Part shown: piece by piece, positions 55,188-63,411 of the stretch | How positions within the stretch are numbered: the first letter of the stretch is position 1 | Layout of the letters: each line of letters starts with the position of its first letter | Source of the DNA: Candidatus Poseidoniaceae archaeon | GTDB lineage: Archaea; Thermoplasmatota; Poseidoniia; Poseidoniales; Poseidoniaceae | Assembly: GCA_028822845.1 (NCBI GenBank) | Contig: JAPKCS010000004.1 | Span: 14,626-78,625, forward strand | Direction of reading: 5' to 3' | DNA: 64,000 nucleotides | Made by a program: the position numbers and the translations under genes | The notes under the pieces: model-generated | The model's database searches: none | Told to the model about the DNA's origin: nothing | The model's input: the letters and a program-made list of their open reading frames with translations, nothing else

Positions 55188-56447
55188 TCAAAGAGCTCGG
55201 TGGCCAATGTCAGTCCTGTGGTGCGCCCCTTCAAGTTCGATCGATTCAAGCAAAGCATAGGCTCGAACAGCCGCTTCGGCCAAAGATGAACCAAGACCGG
55301 TGCAAGTCAGAACTCGCCCACCGGTTGAGATGAGAGCACCGCCTTCATCGTAGCCCGTACCGGCATGGTTGACCCACGCCATCCCAGTCGGCGCCGGCAC
55401 TCCAGAAATCAAACGGCCTTTGACCGGTGAGGCAGGGTAACCTTCCGCTGCGATAACCACTGTGAGTGCATGCAGATCGTGGAACATTACGTCCAATTCA
55501 GCAAGCCTGTCGGTCGCCGAGGCGTGCAGGACTTCGTACACATCCGTTGCCATTAATGGCAGGGTAATTTGACATTCCGGATCGCCAAAACGGACGTTAA
55601 ATTCGACAACACTTGGGTTGCCTTCATCCGTGATCATAAGCCCGACGTACAGCACCCCGCGGTAGGGCGTGGGTTGCGATGAAAGGTAGGTGTGCATGGG
55701 TTTGACAACATCGCGTACGACCTTCTCCAAAACCTCTGGTGTAGCCACTGGCGCAGGGCAGTAAGCGCCCATGCCACCTGTGTTTGGGCCCTCATCCCCA
55801 TCGTAGGCCCGCTTGTGATCTTGACTTGGCGGGAGGCAGACAAAACCTGAGCCGTCCATGACAACCAACATGCTCGCCTCCTCCCCTTCGAGAAACGCTT
55901 CGAGCAGAACCTTGCCATCGGACTTGATCGAGGCTTCAATGAATGCTTTTGCCTCTGCCCGATTGGAGGTGACAACAACGCCTTTGCCTCCTGCAAGCAC
56001 ATCTCTTTTGACAACCCATGGATGGCCTGAAAAATCATCCAACGCTGAATCAAGATCAGAATGTGGCCCTAGGACATGGAAATCTGCAGTTGGTACGCCT
56101 GCAATTCCCATCACTTCCTTGGCATGAAGTTTCGAGCCTTCCAATTCCGCCAAGGCTTTCACCGGGCCGAAGCAGGGGATTCCTGCGGTATGAAGATCAT
56201 CTGCAAGTGCATCGCACAAGGGCGCTTCAGGCCCGACCACAACCAGATCGACAGCAAGCGTCTGAGCCAAAGCCACCAAACCGTCCACATTCGAAGCAGA
56301 CACAGGATGATTTGTTGCCATCGCCGAGGTGCCAGCATTTCCCGGAGCGCAGTGAACGCCTCCGACATGTTCGGATCTTGACATGGCCATGCACAAGGCG
56401 TGTTCTCGCCCGCCGCCGCCAACAATCAAAACCGTCCGTTGCGCCAT
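55188..56447 (-). CDS. purD: Phosphoribosylamine-glycine ligase
   Basis: VLIVGGGGREHALCMAM, PGNAGT, ATP-grasp blocks VVKRDVLAGGKGVVV and EEFLEGEE-like LEAFLEGEEAS, DHKRAYDGDEGPNTGGMGAY, EFNVRFGDPE. Confidence 0.93.
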   Translation of the reverse strand: MAQRTVLIVGGGGREHALCMAMSRSEHVGGVHCAPGNAGTSAMATNHPVSASNVDGLVALAQTLAVDLVVVGPEAPLCDALADDLHTAGIPCFGPVKALAELEGSKLHAKEVMGIAGVPTADFHVLGPHSDLDSALDDFSGHPWVVKRDVLAGGKGVVVTSNRAEAKAFIEASIKSDGKVLLEAFLEGEEASMLVVMDGSGFVCLPPSQDHKRAYDGDEGPNTGGMGAYCPAPVATPEVLEKVVRDVVKPMHTYLSSQPTPYRGVLYVGLMITDEGNPSVVEFNVRFGDPECQITLPLMATDVYEVLHASATDRLAELDVMFHDLHALTVVIAAEGYPASPVKGRLISGVPAPTGMAWVNHAGTGYDEGGALISTGGRVLTCTGLGSSLAEAAVRAYALLESIELEGAHHRTDIGHRAL

Positions 56448-56511
56448 GGTACATATCGGGCGTGGCCATCACATAATCCCATCGTGAGAATGGCCTCAAA
56501 CAAACGATGCC

Positions 56512-57246
56512 ATGACCAAGGGACGGGGTAGGATTCAAGGGCCCTCGTGGGCACACCCGCTTCATGACCTGTTGCCCAAGGGAGACCTCGCAATGAATTT
56601 CCTGATGCTGTGCCTCATGTGTTTGTGGCTCTATCTGCCAGGATTTCTGGCCAACACCTTTGCAATGATGTGGGGCAAATGGCTCCCAAAGACAGGGTAT
56701 GGACCATGGCCAATCGATGGTGGTCGAACCCTCAAAGATGGCAACAGAGTCCTTGGGGATGGCAAAACATGGAATGGACTGATCGGTGGTTCTCTGACCT
56801 CTGGTCTCCTCTGCATGTTGATGGTTGCAGTGACCACCGATGGCTCAAACGCTGGTGCAATCAGTGCCAACAGCACCTTGTTCGCCTCACCCCTTGCAGG
56901 TTCGTCTGGTGCTTGGTTTGCAATCGGCGGACCCATGACCGCTGCGTTTGTTCTTGGAACCTTCCTTGGCTTCATGTGCTTGGTTGGCGACAGCACGGGT
57001 TCGTTCTTCAAGCGGCGACGTGGTCTCAAGCGTGAAGGTGATGTGTCATCAAAAGCGCCGTTGCTCGACACCCTTCCGTTCGCAATCTCCGTGTTCTTGG
57101 CTGGACAACTCTTGCTCGGGTCATCATGGCTTGCTGCTGAAGAACTGAGGCTTCCGATGATTGGTTTGGTCGTGATCACTCCGCTTCTTCACCGCAGTTT
57201 CAATCTCATTGGTTACAAGATAGGTTGGAAGGATGTACCGTATTAA
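56512..57246 (+). CDS. carS: CDP-archaeol synthase
   Basis: LYLPGFLANTFAMMWGKW..PIDGGRTLKDGNRVLGDGKTWNGLIGG..GDSTGSFFKRRRG matches the CarS/DUF46 family and is polytopic. A more likely start is ATG 56593 (MNFLMLCLMCLW). Confidence 0.8.
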   Translation: MTKGRGRIQGPSWAHPLHDLLPKGDLAMNFLMLCLMCLWLYLPGFLANTFAMMWGKWLPKTGYGPWPIDGGRTLKDGNRVLGDGKTWNGLIGGSLTSGLLCMLMVAVTTDGSNAGAISANSTLFASPLAGSSGAWFAIGGPMTAAFVLGTFLGFMCLVGDSTGSFFKRRRGLKREGDVSSKAPLLDTLPFAISVFLAGQLLLGSSWLAAEELRLPMIGLVVITPLLHRSFNLIGYKIGWKDVPY

Positions 57247-57286
57247 CGGAGCGAAGTCTATAACGCCCTTTCCGCTACATGAGACC

Positions 57287-59002
57287 ATGCGAACCGCCGT
57301 TTCCCTGATCTTCCTCTTGCTGATTGCCTCGAGCATGAGCGCATTGACCACATCTGCTGAAGTGACAAACGACGGCTCAACCATCACCGTCACCGGCACG
57401 GAAACTTGGAATGCATCAAATCCAATCGACCTCGACCTGATGGTTACGGACGGTGCCTCACTTTTCGTTGATGAGTCAACAACGGTGAACGCAGGCGTGA
57501 CCATTACCGTGGCCACCGGTGCCTCACTCACCCTCAACGGTGACCTGATGGGTTCGAACCTCGATGCTGGCCTCTTGGTCTACAATGCGACTGAACTCCA
57601 CCTTGATTTTGGCGACCTGTCTGAAACTGGCCAGGTAAGAATCAACCTCGACCACGTCATTCCAGAAACAGCCATGTTCAACATCACCATCGGAGACGAA
57701 ACCAAGAACGCAGTTGGTTTCGACCATGTTGACATCCCGGCTCCACTCGATGGCACACCATTGCTGGTTGAATTCCATGTCTACTACTTCTTCGCCACCC
57801 AAATCACCAGCGTTCAAGCCCTCCATTCAGGCTCGGGTGGAACCGTCGTGGTCGATGCAGAAGATCTCAACCACACTGCAGGGAGCTTGAAGTGGAACTC
57901 AGCAGCCTTCACCCTCGACGTCCAAGGCAGCCTTACAATCAACAACGCAATCATTGCGGGTGCTGCGATTACATGCGCACACACCTGTGACTTAAGCAAC
58001 GCTACACTCACCGGCAGTGCACCTGTTCATGTCCTCGACGGTGGCGCATTGACCGTTGATTCTTCACTCATTCAAGGGTCACGAACCGATGAGGACATCA
58101 TCGTCAATGATGCTGCCCAAATCAGTTACACCAACAGCAACGGAACCGGTGGCCAAACCGACGCATGGATTCGCCTCCTTTCACAGCGCTCATTGCAAAC
58201 CAATGCTGGCAACGTCACCGTTCATGCCACTGGACTTGGCTATTGGGGAAGCACCGTCGACAACCTCACAGACAGCAATGGCCATGTCAACTTCGCTCTG
58301 AGTAACCACGCCCGAATCGTCGAATGGGTCGACGGTAACGGGGACTACCACCAAGAAAGTGCAGAGGTCCTGCTGACCCTCAGTTCCAACTGGGGCAATT
58401 TCAACACCACCATCGTTGCACCACGAACACCAACGGCAACAGCAGAGGTCCCCCTCCCCTTCATCAGCGTGAAGTCCATTGATCTGAAGGCCAACACTGG
58501 GTCAATCGGATCGAAAGTAAGCGGCGATGTGGTCGTTGAGAACAGTGGTACAGTCGCAGTCACAGGCGTTAATTTCTGGTGTTATGTCGGCGATGAGTTG
58601 CAAGACACGACCCAGATGACCGTCTCACTCCAGCCTGGCGAAAGCAAAACCGTCTATGTCTCATGGTACGCCAACAGTGTTGGTACCCAAGCGTTAGAAT
58701 GCCGAGCGCTTGTTCCAAATGTGTTGAAGTCAATCACAGGCGATGTGACGGATATCGACGGTGCTACGTCCCAGGACATCACTTGGAAGGTAGCAGATGA
58801 ACCAGAAGATCAACCTCTAACCATTTACGCCATCCTCGTCGTCATCATCTTGATTGGAACATACGTTGTTTCGAACCAAGCATCAAAGAAAATTGCTGCT
58901 CAACGACGAGAAGAGACAGCAGAGGTCGAAGAAGTGAGCGAAGAGAAAGAATACCTCGAAGATGATGCTGTCGAACCTGCATCAAGCGAAGAGGCCGTTT
59001 GA
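57287..59002 (+). CDS. C-terminally anchored surface protein (beta-helix-like N-module, CARDB-like stalk, TM, acidic tail)
   Basis: Signal peptide MRTAVSLIFLLLIASSMSALTTSAE (the ORF-track start 57233 overlaps carS). VTGTETW module shared with the 1465-aa protein. VVVENSGTVAVTGVNFW. TM LTIYAILVVIILIGTYVV, then an E-rich tail. Confidence 0.7.
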   Translation: MRTAVSLIFLLLIASSMSALTTSAEVTNDGSTITVTGTETWNASNPIDLDLMVTDGASLFVDESTTVNAGVTITVATGASLTLNGDLMGSNLDAGLLVYNATELHLDFGDLSETGQVRINLDHVIPETAMFNITIGDETKNAVGFDHVDIPAPLDGTPLLVEFHVYYFFATQITSVQALHSGSGGTVVVDAEDLNHTAGSLKWNSAAFTLDVQGSLTINNAIIAGAAITCAHTCDLSNATLTGSAPVHVLDGGALTVDSSLIQGSRTDEDIIVNDAAQISYTNSNGTGGQTDAWIRLLSQRSLQTNAGNVTVHATGLGYWGSTVDNLTDSNGHVNFALSNHARIVEWVDGNGDYHQESAEVLLTLSSNWGNFNTTIVAPRTPTATAEVPLPFISVKSIDLKANTGSIGSKVSGDVVVENSGTVAVTGVNFWCYVGDELQDTTQMTVSLQPGESKTVYVSWYANSVGTQALECRALVPNVLKSITGDVTDIDGATSQDITWKVADEPEDQPLTIYAILVVIILIGTYVVSNQASKKIAAQRREETAEVEEVSEEKEYLEDDAVEPASSEEAV

Positions 59003-59011
59003 GACAACCCA

Positions 59012-59800
59012 TCACACTGGGGCAGTCATTGACCATTCGGTGCTTGGCTTGTGCCAGTCACGCACCTGATCGGTCTCAAGTCGCAACTGAAGACCGTCGC
59101 CTACTTCCACTTCGACATCGAGGAACTCGAAAGGTACCTCGAGTTCATTTGACCGAAAGGTACCGTCAAAGAGAACTTCCTGACCAACCACTGAGCCATC
59201 GATGGTCCGCTCGAGGAAAACCCGAACATGGCATTCTTGCAGAGGGTTGCGCAGCGAACATGATTCGCTGCTTCCATCATGAACAACTGTGACAACACCT
59301 TGGTAAGACACAGTTCCAGCCAATGGTATGAGGTCGATCACGGTTGCTTTTGCTGTAGGGGTGCACACGCATTCCATGTTGTCTGATTCGACCGTTGCTT
59401 TTCGTTCAACGGTAAGATCCACCGATACGACTTGAATCAAATCAACAGAAGTCGAGGTGGAGGTCACCGTATAGTGGCCTGGTAGGGCGAATGAATGAGA
59501 AACTTCGAGCCCAGTCCCAGCGTTTCCGTCACCGAAGTCCCATGATACGACGTCTCCCGCAGAAAAGGCCGTGAAGGTAAATTCGTGGAGTCGTTCAGTG
59601 ATGACATCTTCTTCATCGTTGTCGCCTTCATCAATCTCGACCAAAGTGAACTCGTTAATTCCGTATGTCGTGGAGGCCTCGATGGCAAACGGATCTCCCG
59701 AGGAGGATTTAGAGGAATTTAGCGAAGTAAGAACAGAGCTGGAAGCCGCACTGAGGACCAACAGGAAGACAAGGGTTGCAGCACTTAAGGTGAACTTCAT
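59012..59800 (-). CDS. Secreted PKD-domain protein
   Basis: Signal peptide MKFTLSAATLVFLLVLSAASS. VVSWDFGDGNAGTGLEVSHSFALPGHYTVTSTS matches the PKD consensus WDFGDG..HtY..pGtYtVt. Confidence 0.75.
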   Translation of the reverse strand: MKFTLSAATLVFLLVLSAASSSVLTSLNSSKSSSGDPFAIEASTTYGINEFTLVEIDEGDNDEEDVITERLHEFTFTAFSAGDVVSWDFGDGNAGTGLEVSHSFALPGHYTVTSTSTSVDLIQVVSVDLTVERKATVESDNMECVCTPTAKATVIDLIPLAGTVSYQGVVTVVHDGSSESCSLRNPLQECHVRVFLERTIDGSVVGQEVLFDGTFRSNELEVPFEFLDVEVEVGDGLQLRLETDQVRDWHKPSTEWSMTAPV

Positions 59801-59926
59801 AGGCTCAAATTGAGGAGTCTGCTTTTTAACATCTGTTTGTGAAATTTGTTTTCAAACGTTGGAAAATCATCGAACACGGCAGGATTTGCGGCCAAAAATC
59901 CTACAAAAACGAGGGGTTATCGAAAC

Positions 59927-59938
59927 GATATACTAAAA
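59927..59938 (+). promoter_or_regulatory. Putative TATA box (GATATACTAAAA) for the DUF4281 gene, consistent with a leaderless or near-leaderless mRNA
   Basis: AT-rich element centred ~28 nt upstream of the ATG at 59961, in a 160-bp AT-rich intergenic region. Confidence 0.3.
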
Positions 59939-59960
59939 GTCAAACCTCAAATTAAGCGGC

Positions 59961-60401
59961 ATGGACGCATATGATTACTCGTTTTTCCTATCCACTATGT
60001 GGGTCGGCCCCTTTTGGTTTGCAATGCTGGTGTTCCCAGATCACGAAATGACAAAGAAAGTCATGCAGGGCCCATGGTTCTTCCTTGGCCCAATCTTGAT
60101 TTGGTGGGCAGTGACCATCGCATCCCCTCAAGGATTGATAGACCTAGGGAAGGACTTCGCCAATCCCGCAGGCATTCTTGACGGCCTAGCAGCGATCATG
60201 GGTTCGAAACCTGGCGCATCTGCCGCTTGGGCACACATGGTTGCAGGCGACATCTTCGTCACCCACTGGATGTGGAAAAAGTGCCTCGAGCAAAAAAGCC
60301 CACGTTGGGTTGCTGCATCGACCGTGTTCTTTGGCGTCATGCTGATGCCAGTCGGAATCGCCATGCACATGGCACTGGTTCGAAATCCTAAGGAAAACTG
60401 A
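59961..60401 (+). CDS. DUF4281 / ABA4-like membrane protein
   Basis: 146 aa with four hydrophobic helices. WVGPFWFAMLVFP..., ...AAWAHMVAGDIFVTHWMW resembles the ABA4-like family signature as I recall it. Confidence 0.55.
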   Translation: MDAYDYSFFLSTMWVGPFWFAMLVFPDHEMTKKVMQGPWFFLGPILIWWAVTIASPQGLIDLGKDFANPAGILDGLAAIMGSKPGASAAWAHMVAGDIFVTHWMWKKCLEQKSPRWVAASTVFFGVMLMPVGIAMHMALVRNPKEN

Positions 60402-60463
60402 TGTCAAACGAAGTCCAGTTGGGCCGATACAACGGTACATCAAGGGCCTTCGTTACATCCGGT

Positions 60464-62860
60464 TCAGTTTTCACGGATGTACCGCTCTGTCCACTTCTCT
60501 TCCTGTTGAGTTGGCAGGCCTGAGAGGTTGCTTGGAGCATGGTTTTTCTTCCGTCCAAGGAAGGACACAACGAGTAAGAGTCCCAAGAGAGAGGACAGAC
60601 CAACCAACATCATGTTGATGTCTTGCCCACTTTCGGTGGAGTCAGAAACTTTGGTCGTGTCCACTGGGGCAACCTCGTCAGCTTCATCGGCAGGCGCCTC
60701 AACTTCGAGTTCAGTGTTCTCGATGAGGCAGGACGTACAGAAGTGTGAGGTAAAGGTGATCGTGTTCCCGTTGAGGTCGAGCGCTGTGAAAGCATACGTC
60801 ACATTTGCAATGGTTTCAGAGAGAGTCAAACTTGCTTGCCCTTGGTTCATCGACATGATCATGTTTGTTCCAATTCCGTTTTTGATGTAGTCCAGGGACT
60901 CCAGTGGTTCTGATGAAGTCAAATGCAGGGCATAGGTGCCAGGTTGCAAATGCGAGAAGGTCGATACTTCCCCTCCAGTGTACCAACGGCTGGAGGCAAT
61001 GTTTTCATTTTCGTCCACGAGTTGAAGGTGCATGCGTGGAGTTTCTCGATCTTCATCAACTGACGAACTTAGCGTCCAATTGCTGAACGTGATCTCATTT
61101 CCAGATGCATCGACGCCGCCGAGTGCATACACAGTGTGCACACGGTCGCCTATGCTTGAAGCTGATTCGAGATGAATGGTATGCACCATGCTCCCCATGT
61201 TGTCAACCTCCTCCATCAAGACCCATCCGGTTTGATCTTCAGTGGCGTCAATTCCTGTTCGGTACACGTGCCAAAAGGTTTGATTGGCGTCAGCGGTACC
61301 AGTCCATGTGATGGAAACCGTACCGTTGTTGAGGTACATTGCGGTGACAACGCTTGGAGCGGTTGGTGCAATATTATCTTCCAGAACCGGCGCAGCCATC
61401 GAATTGTGTCCTGCTGAGAGGTTGGTTTGTTGGACGATGAGACCAGGCGTTCCAAAGGAAGCGCTTGCTGTTACTGCGTACCATGCCTCTTCGGAAGTTG
61501 CATCAGAAACGCTGTGTTCAAACATTTCAATTGTAGCGTTGACCACACCAAGCAGGAGAGCATCACCTGCATTGAGGGAGGAAGAGGTGATCGGTCCAAC
61601 CGAAGAGCGCCACACAGAATATTTTGCTTCAGAGTGTTCTGATAGATCACTCCATGAAACCATGGTCACTGAATCAGAATAGGCGACTTGCAAATTTGTA
61701 ACGATGTTCTCCCCTTGGGAAAGAGTGGTTTCTGTGACCGAGCCGGATGGTGCAACATCAAGTTGTGTTTGATCATTCATCAAGTGATCTCTAAGGGTCA
61801 CTGCATAGTAGAATTGGCCGCTAACGCCTGCTTCGACCGAGTGATTATAGTGCGTTGCAGAGGCAGGAAGTGTGGCAAGCATTTCGACGTGTTCGCCGCT
61901 GAGGTTGTTGATTGCGACGGAACTTCTCCAGACATGGAGGGTGTGATTGACATCTTCAACAACAGACCCGCTCCAATTGAGGCTCGTGATGTTGAGTGAA
62001 GCGTTGAATTGAAGATCCAGAGTGCCGTTGAGAACAGATCCAATGTTATCTTCATCAATGGCCTCTGTAAGGGTGTTGCCAGACAGTAAGCGAGCATCGG
62101 TTTGGTTGTTTTGAGTATGGAGGACCGTGTAATATCGGTCTTGGTCGGTTCCTGCTGGATGGTGAATGGTAAACGTTTCTTGACCAGATGAGAGGTTTTC
62201 ACCCACTGCAACCTTGGACAGGTTGTCCCAGTTGTCACGGTGAGCCGGCAGTGCATGACTCCAAACAGAAGTGGTGTGATTCACGGTGTAGGAATCATCG
62301 ACCCTTGAAAGATCAATCCATTCAAGTTCTGTGGTTGAAGTGCTGGCGTTGTAGGTTGCTTGCAAGTCATAAGGAGCGCTTGTAGGCGTACCGTATTCAG
62401 TGGTCGGCTCTGCGAGGGTGGCGTTACCAATGGAGAGGTTTGTTCCTGTTGTTCCGTTGGCCATCAGACTGATGATTCCGTAGTAATACCGCCCATCGGT
62501 ACCGGGTGGGATGGTGAACACATAGGAATGGGCCTTTGCTCGACAATCTCCACCCTGGTCGGTGTCCAAACATGCCCGAATGTGTTCTGCAATCGTTTCT
62601 GCCGACATATAGCTGGCTGAAGTGATTGGCTCATCAGATCGAAGAACGGTGTAATTGGTTGTTTTCAAGGCATCGAGTAACTGGTAATTGACCGTGTCAA
62701 TGTTCCGCCATGACAACGCCACGGTTTCATTTTCTGAATCAACCGTAGCGGTGAGGTTCATTGCTCCGAGGTAAGGATCGTCCTCAGCGGTCGCTGGCAT
62801 GGAGAGGGCCGGAAGCAGCAAAAGGCAGACTAAAGCATAGCAAACAGTTCGATTTCTCAT
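60464..62860 (-). CDS. C-terminally anchored surface protein with repeated fibronectin-III-like modules
   Basis: Signal peptide MRNRTVCYALVCLLLLPALSMPATAE (the ORF-track start 62956 would overlap the divergent gene). Four or more modules ending in Y-x-V-h-R-S/T signatures (YTVLRSDEPI, LHVWRSSVAI, YSVWRSSVGPI, WHVYRTGID). TM MMLVGLSSLLGLLLVVSFLG. Confidence 0.7.
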   Translation of the reverse strand: MRNRTVCYALVCLLLLPALSMPATAEDDPYLGAMNLTATVDSENETVALSWRNIDTVNYQLLDALKTTNYTVLRSDEPITSASYMSAETIAEHIRACLDTDQGGDCRAKAHSYVFTIPPGTDGRYYYGIISLMANGTTGTNLSIGNATLAEPTTEYGTPTSAPYDLQATYNASTSTTELEWIDLSRVDDSYTVNHTTSVWSHALPAHRDNWDNLSKVAVGENLSSGQETFTIHHPAGTDQDRYYTVLHTQNNQTDARLLSGNTLTEAIDEDNIGSVLNGTLDLQFNASLNITSLNWSGSVVEDVNHTLHVWRSSVAINNLSGEHVEMLATLPASATHYNHSVEAGVSGQFYYAVTLRDHLMNDQTQLDVAPSGSVTETTLSQGENIVTNLQVAYSDSVTMVSWSDLSEHSEAKYSVWRSSVGPITSSSLNAGDALLLGVVNATIEMFEHSVSDATSEEAWYAVTASASFGTPGLIVQQTNLSAGHNSMAAPVLEDNIAPTAPSVVTAMYLNNGTVSITWTGTADANQTFWHVYRTGIDATEDQTGWVLMEEVDNMGSMVHTIHLESASSIGDRVHTVYALGGVDASGNEITFSNWTLSSSVDEDRETPRMHLQLVDENENIASSRWYTGGEVSTFSHLQPGTYALHLTSSEPLESLDYIKNGIGTNMIMSMNQGQASLTLSETIANVTYAFTALDLNGNTITFTSHFCTSCLIENTELEVEAPADEADEVAPVDTTKVSDSTESGQDINMMLVGLSSLLGLLLVVSFLGRKKNHAPSNLSGLPTQQEEKWTERYIREN

Positions 62861-62954
62861 GGTCCCGCCAGTTTGGGGTAAAGCCCCGAGTATTTGTTGA
62901 TTCCCACATTTCACTGACCCAAACGCTCTTGAACACTGCTGTGAACGCCGCATC

Positions 62955-63377
62955 ATGCTTCACGACATCCTCCACGACATTGCTCCCGAAGAGCGGTTTC
63001 GATACGCTCAACTTTTGGCTTGTTTGACACAAATTGATGCATCAGTCACACGAGCTGAATTGTCGTTTTTCGAACAACGTCTCGGTGCATCACTGCTTTC
63101 TCCTGAACGCCGACAGCAACTTCGTGAATGCTTGTCCGAACCACAAGATTTGAACAAGTTATTGTCAGAAATGCAACCAAAAACAATCAAACTAGGTCTT
63201 CGGGATGCTTGCCTAATGACCCTTGCTGACCGAGAGATCGATGACAAAGAGCGAATCGTTTTAGAAAAAGTAGCCAAGGCCGCTGGTCTCACATCTGCTC
63301 ATGTTGACCGACTGTTAGGATGGGTCATACAAGGCTACCATTGGATGCAAAAAGGCTACACCGAACTCGAGATTTAA
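62955..63377 (+). CDS. TerB-like (tellurite-resistance TerB / DjlA N-domain-like) protein
   Basis: 140 aa, helical. Two halves carry the TerB-like pattern (AQLLACLTQIDASVTRAELSFFEQRLG and LRDACLMTLADREIDDKERIVLEKVAKAAGL). Confidence 0.5.
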   Translation: MLHDILHDIAPEERFRYAQLLACLTQIDASVTRAELSFFEQRLGASLLSPERRQQLRECLSEPQDLNKLLSEMQPKTIKLGLRDACLMTLADREIDDKERIVLEKVAKAAGLTSAHVDRLLGWVIQGYHWMQKGYTELEI

Positions 63378-63411
63378 GTTCCTAGCCAAGCCACCAAGGT
63401 TGAAGCTTGCA

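Noticed and set aside
56610-57179. Alternative-frame (56610-57035, +) and antisense (56631-57179, -) ORFs overlapping carS
   Set aside because: The carS frame shows the family-specific motifs and a polytopic hydrophobicity pattern. The others are Arg/Trp/Pro-rich artefacts.
706-62956. PGF-CTERM/archaeosortase or C-terminal lipobox sorting signals on the giant surface proteins
   Set aside because: I inspected all C-termini. Each ends in an ordinary TM helix plus a charged or Pro-rich tail, or has no anchor at all in the TSP3 protein. No PGF-type tripeptide precedes the helix.
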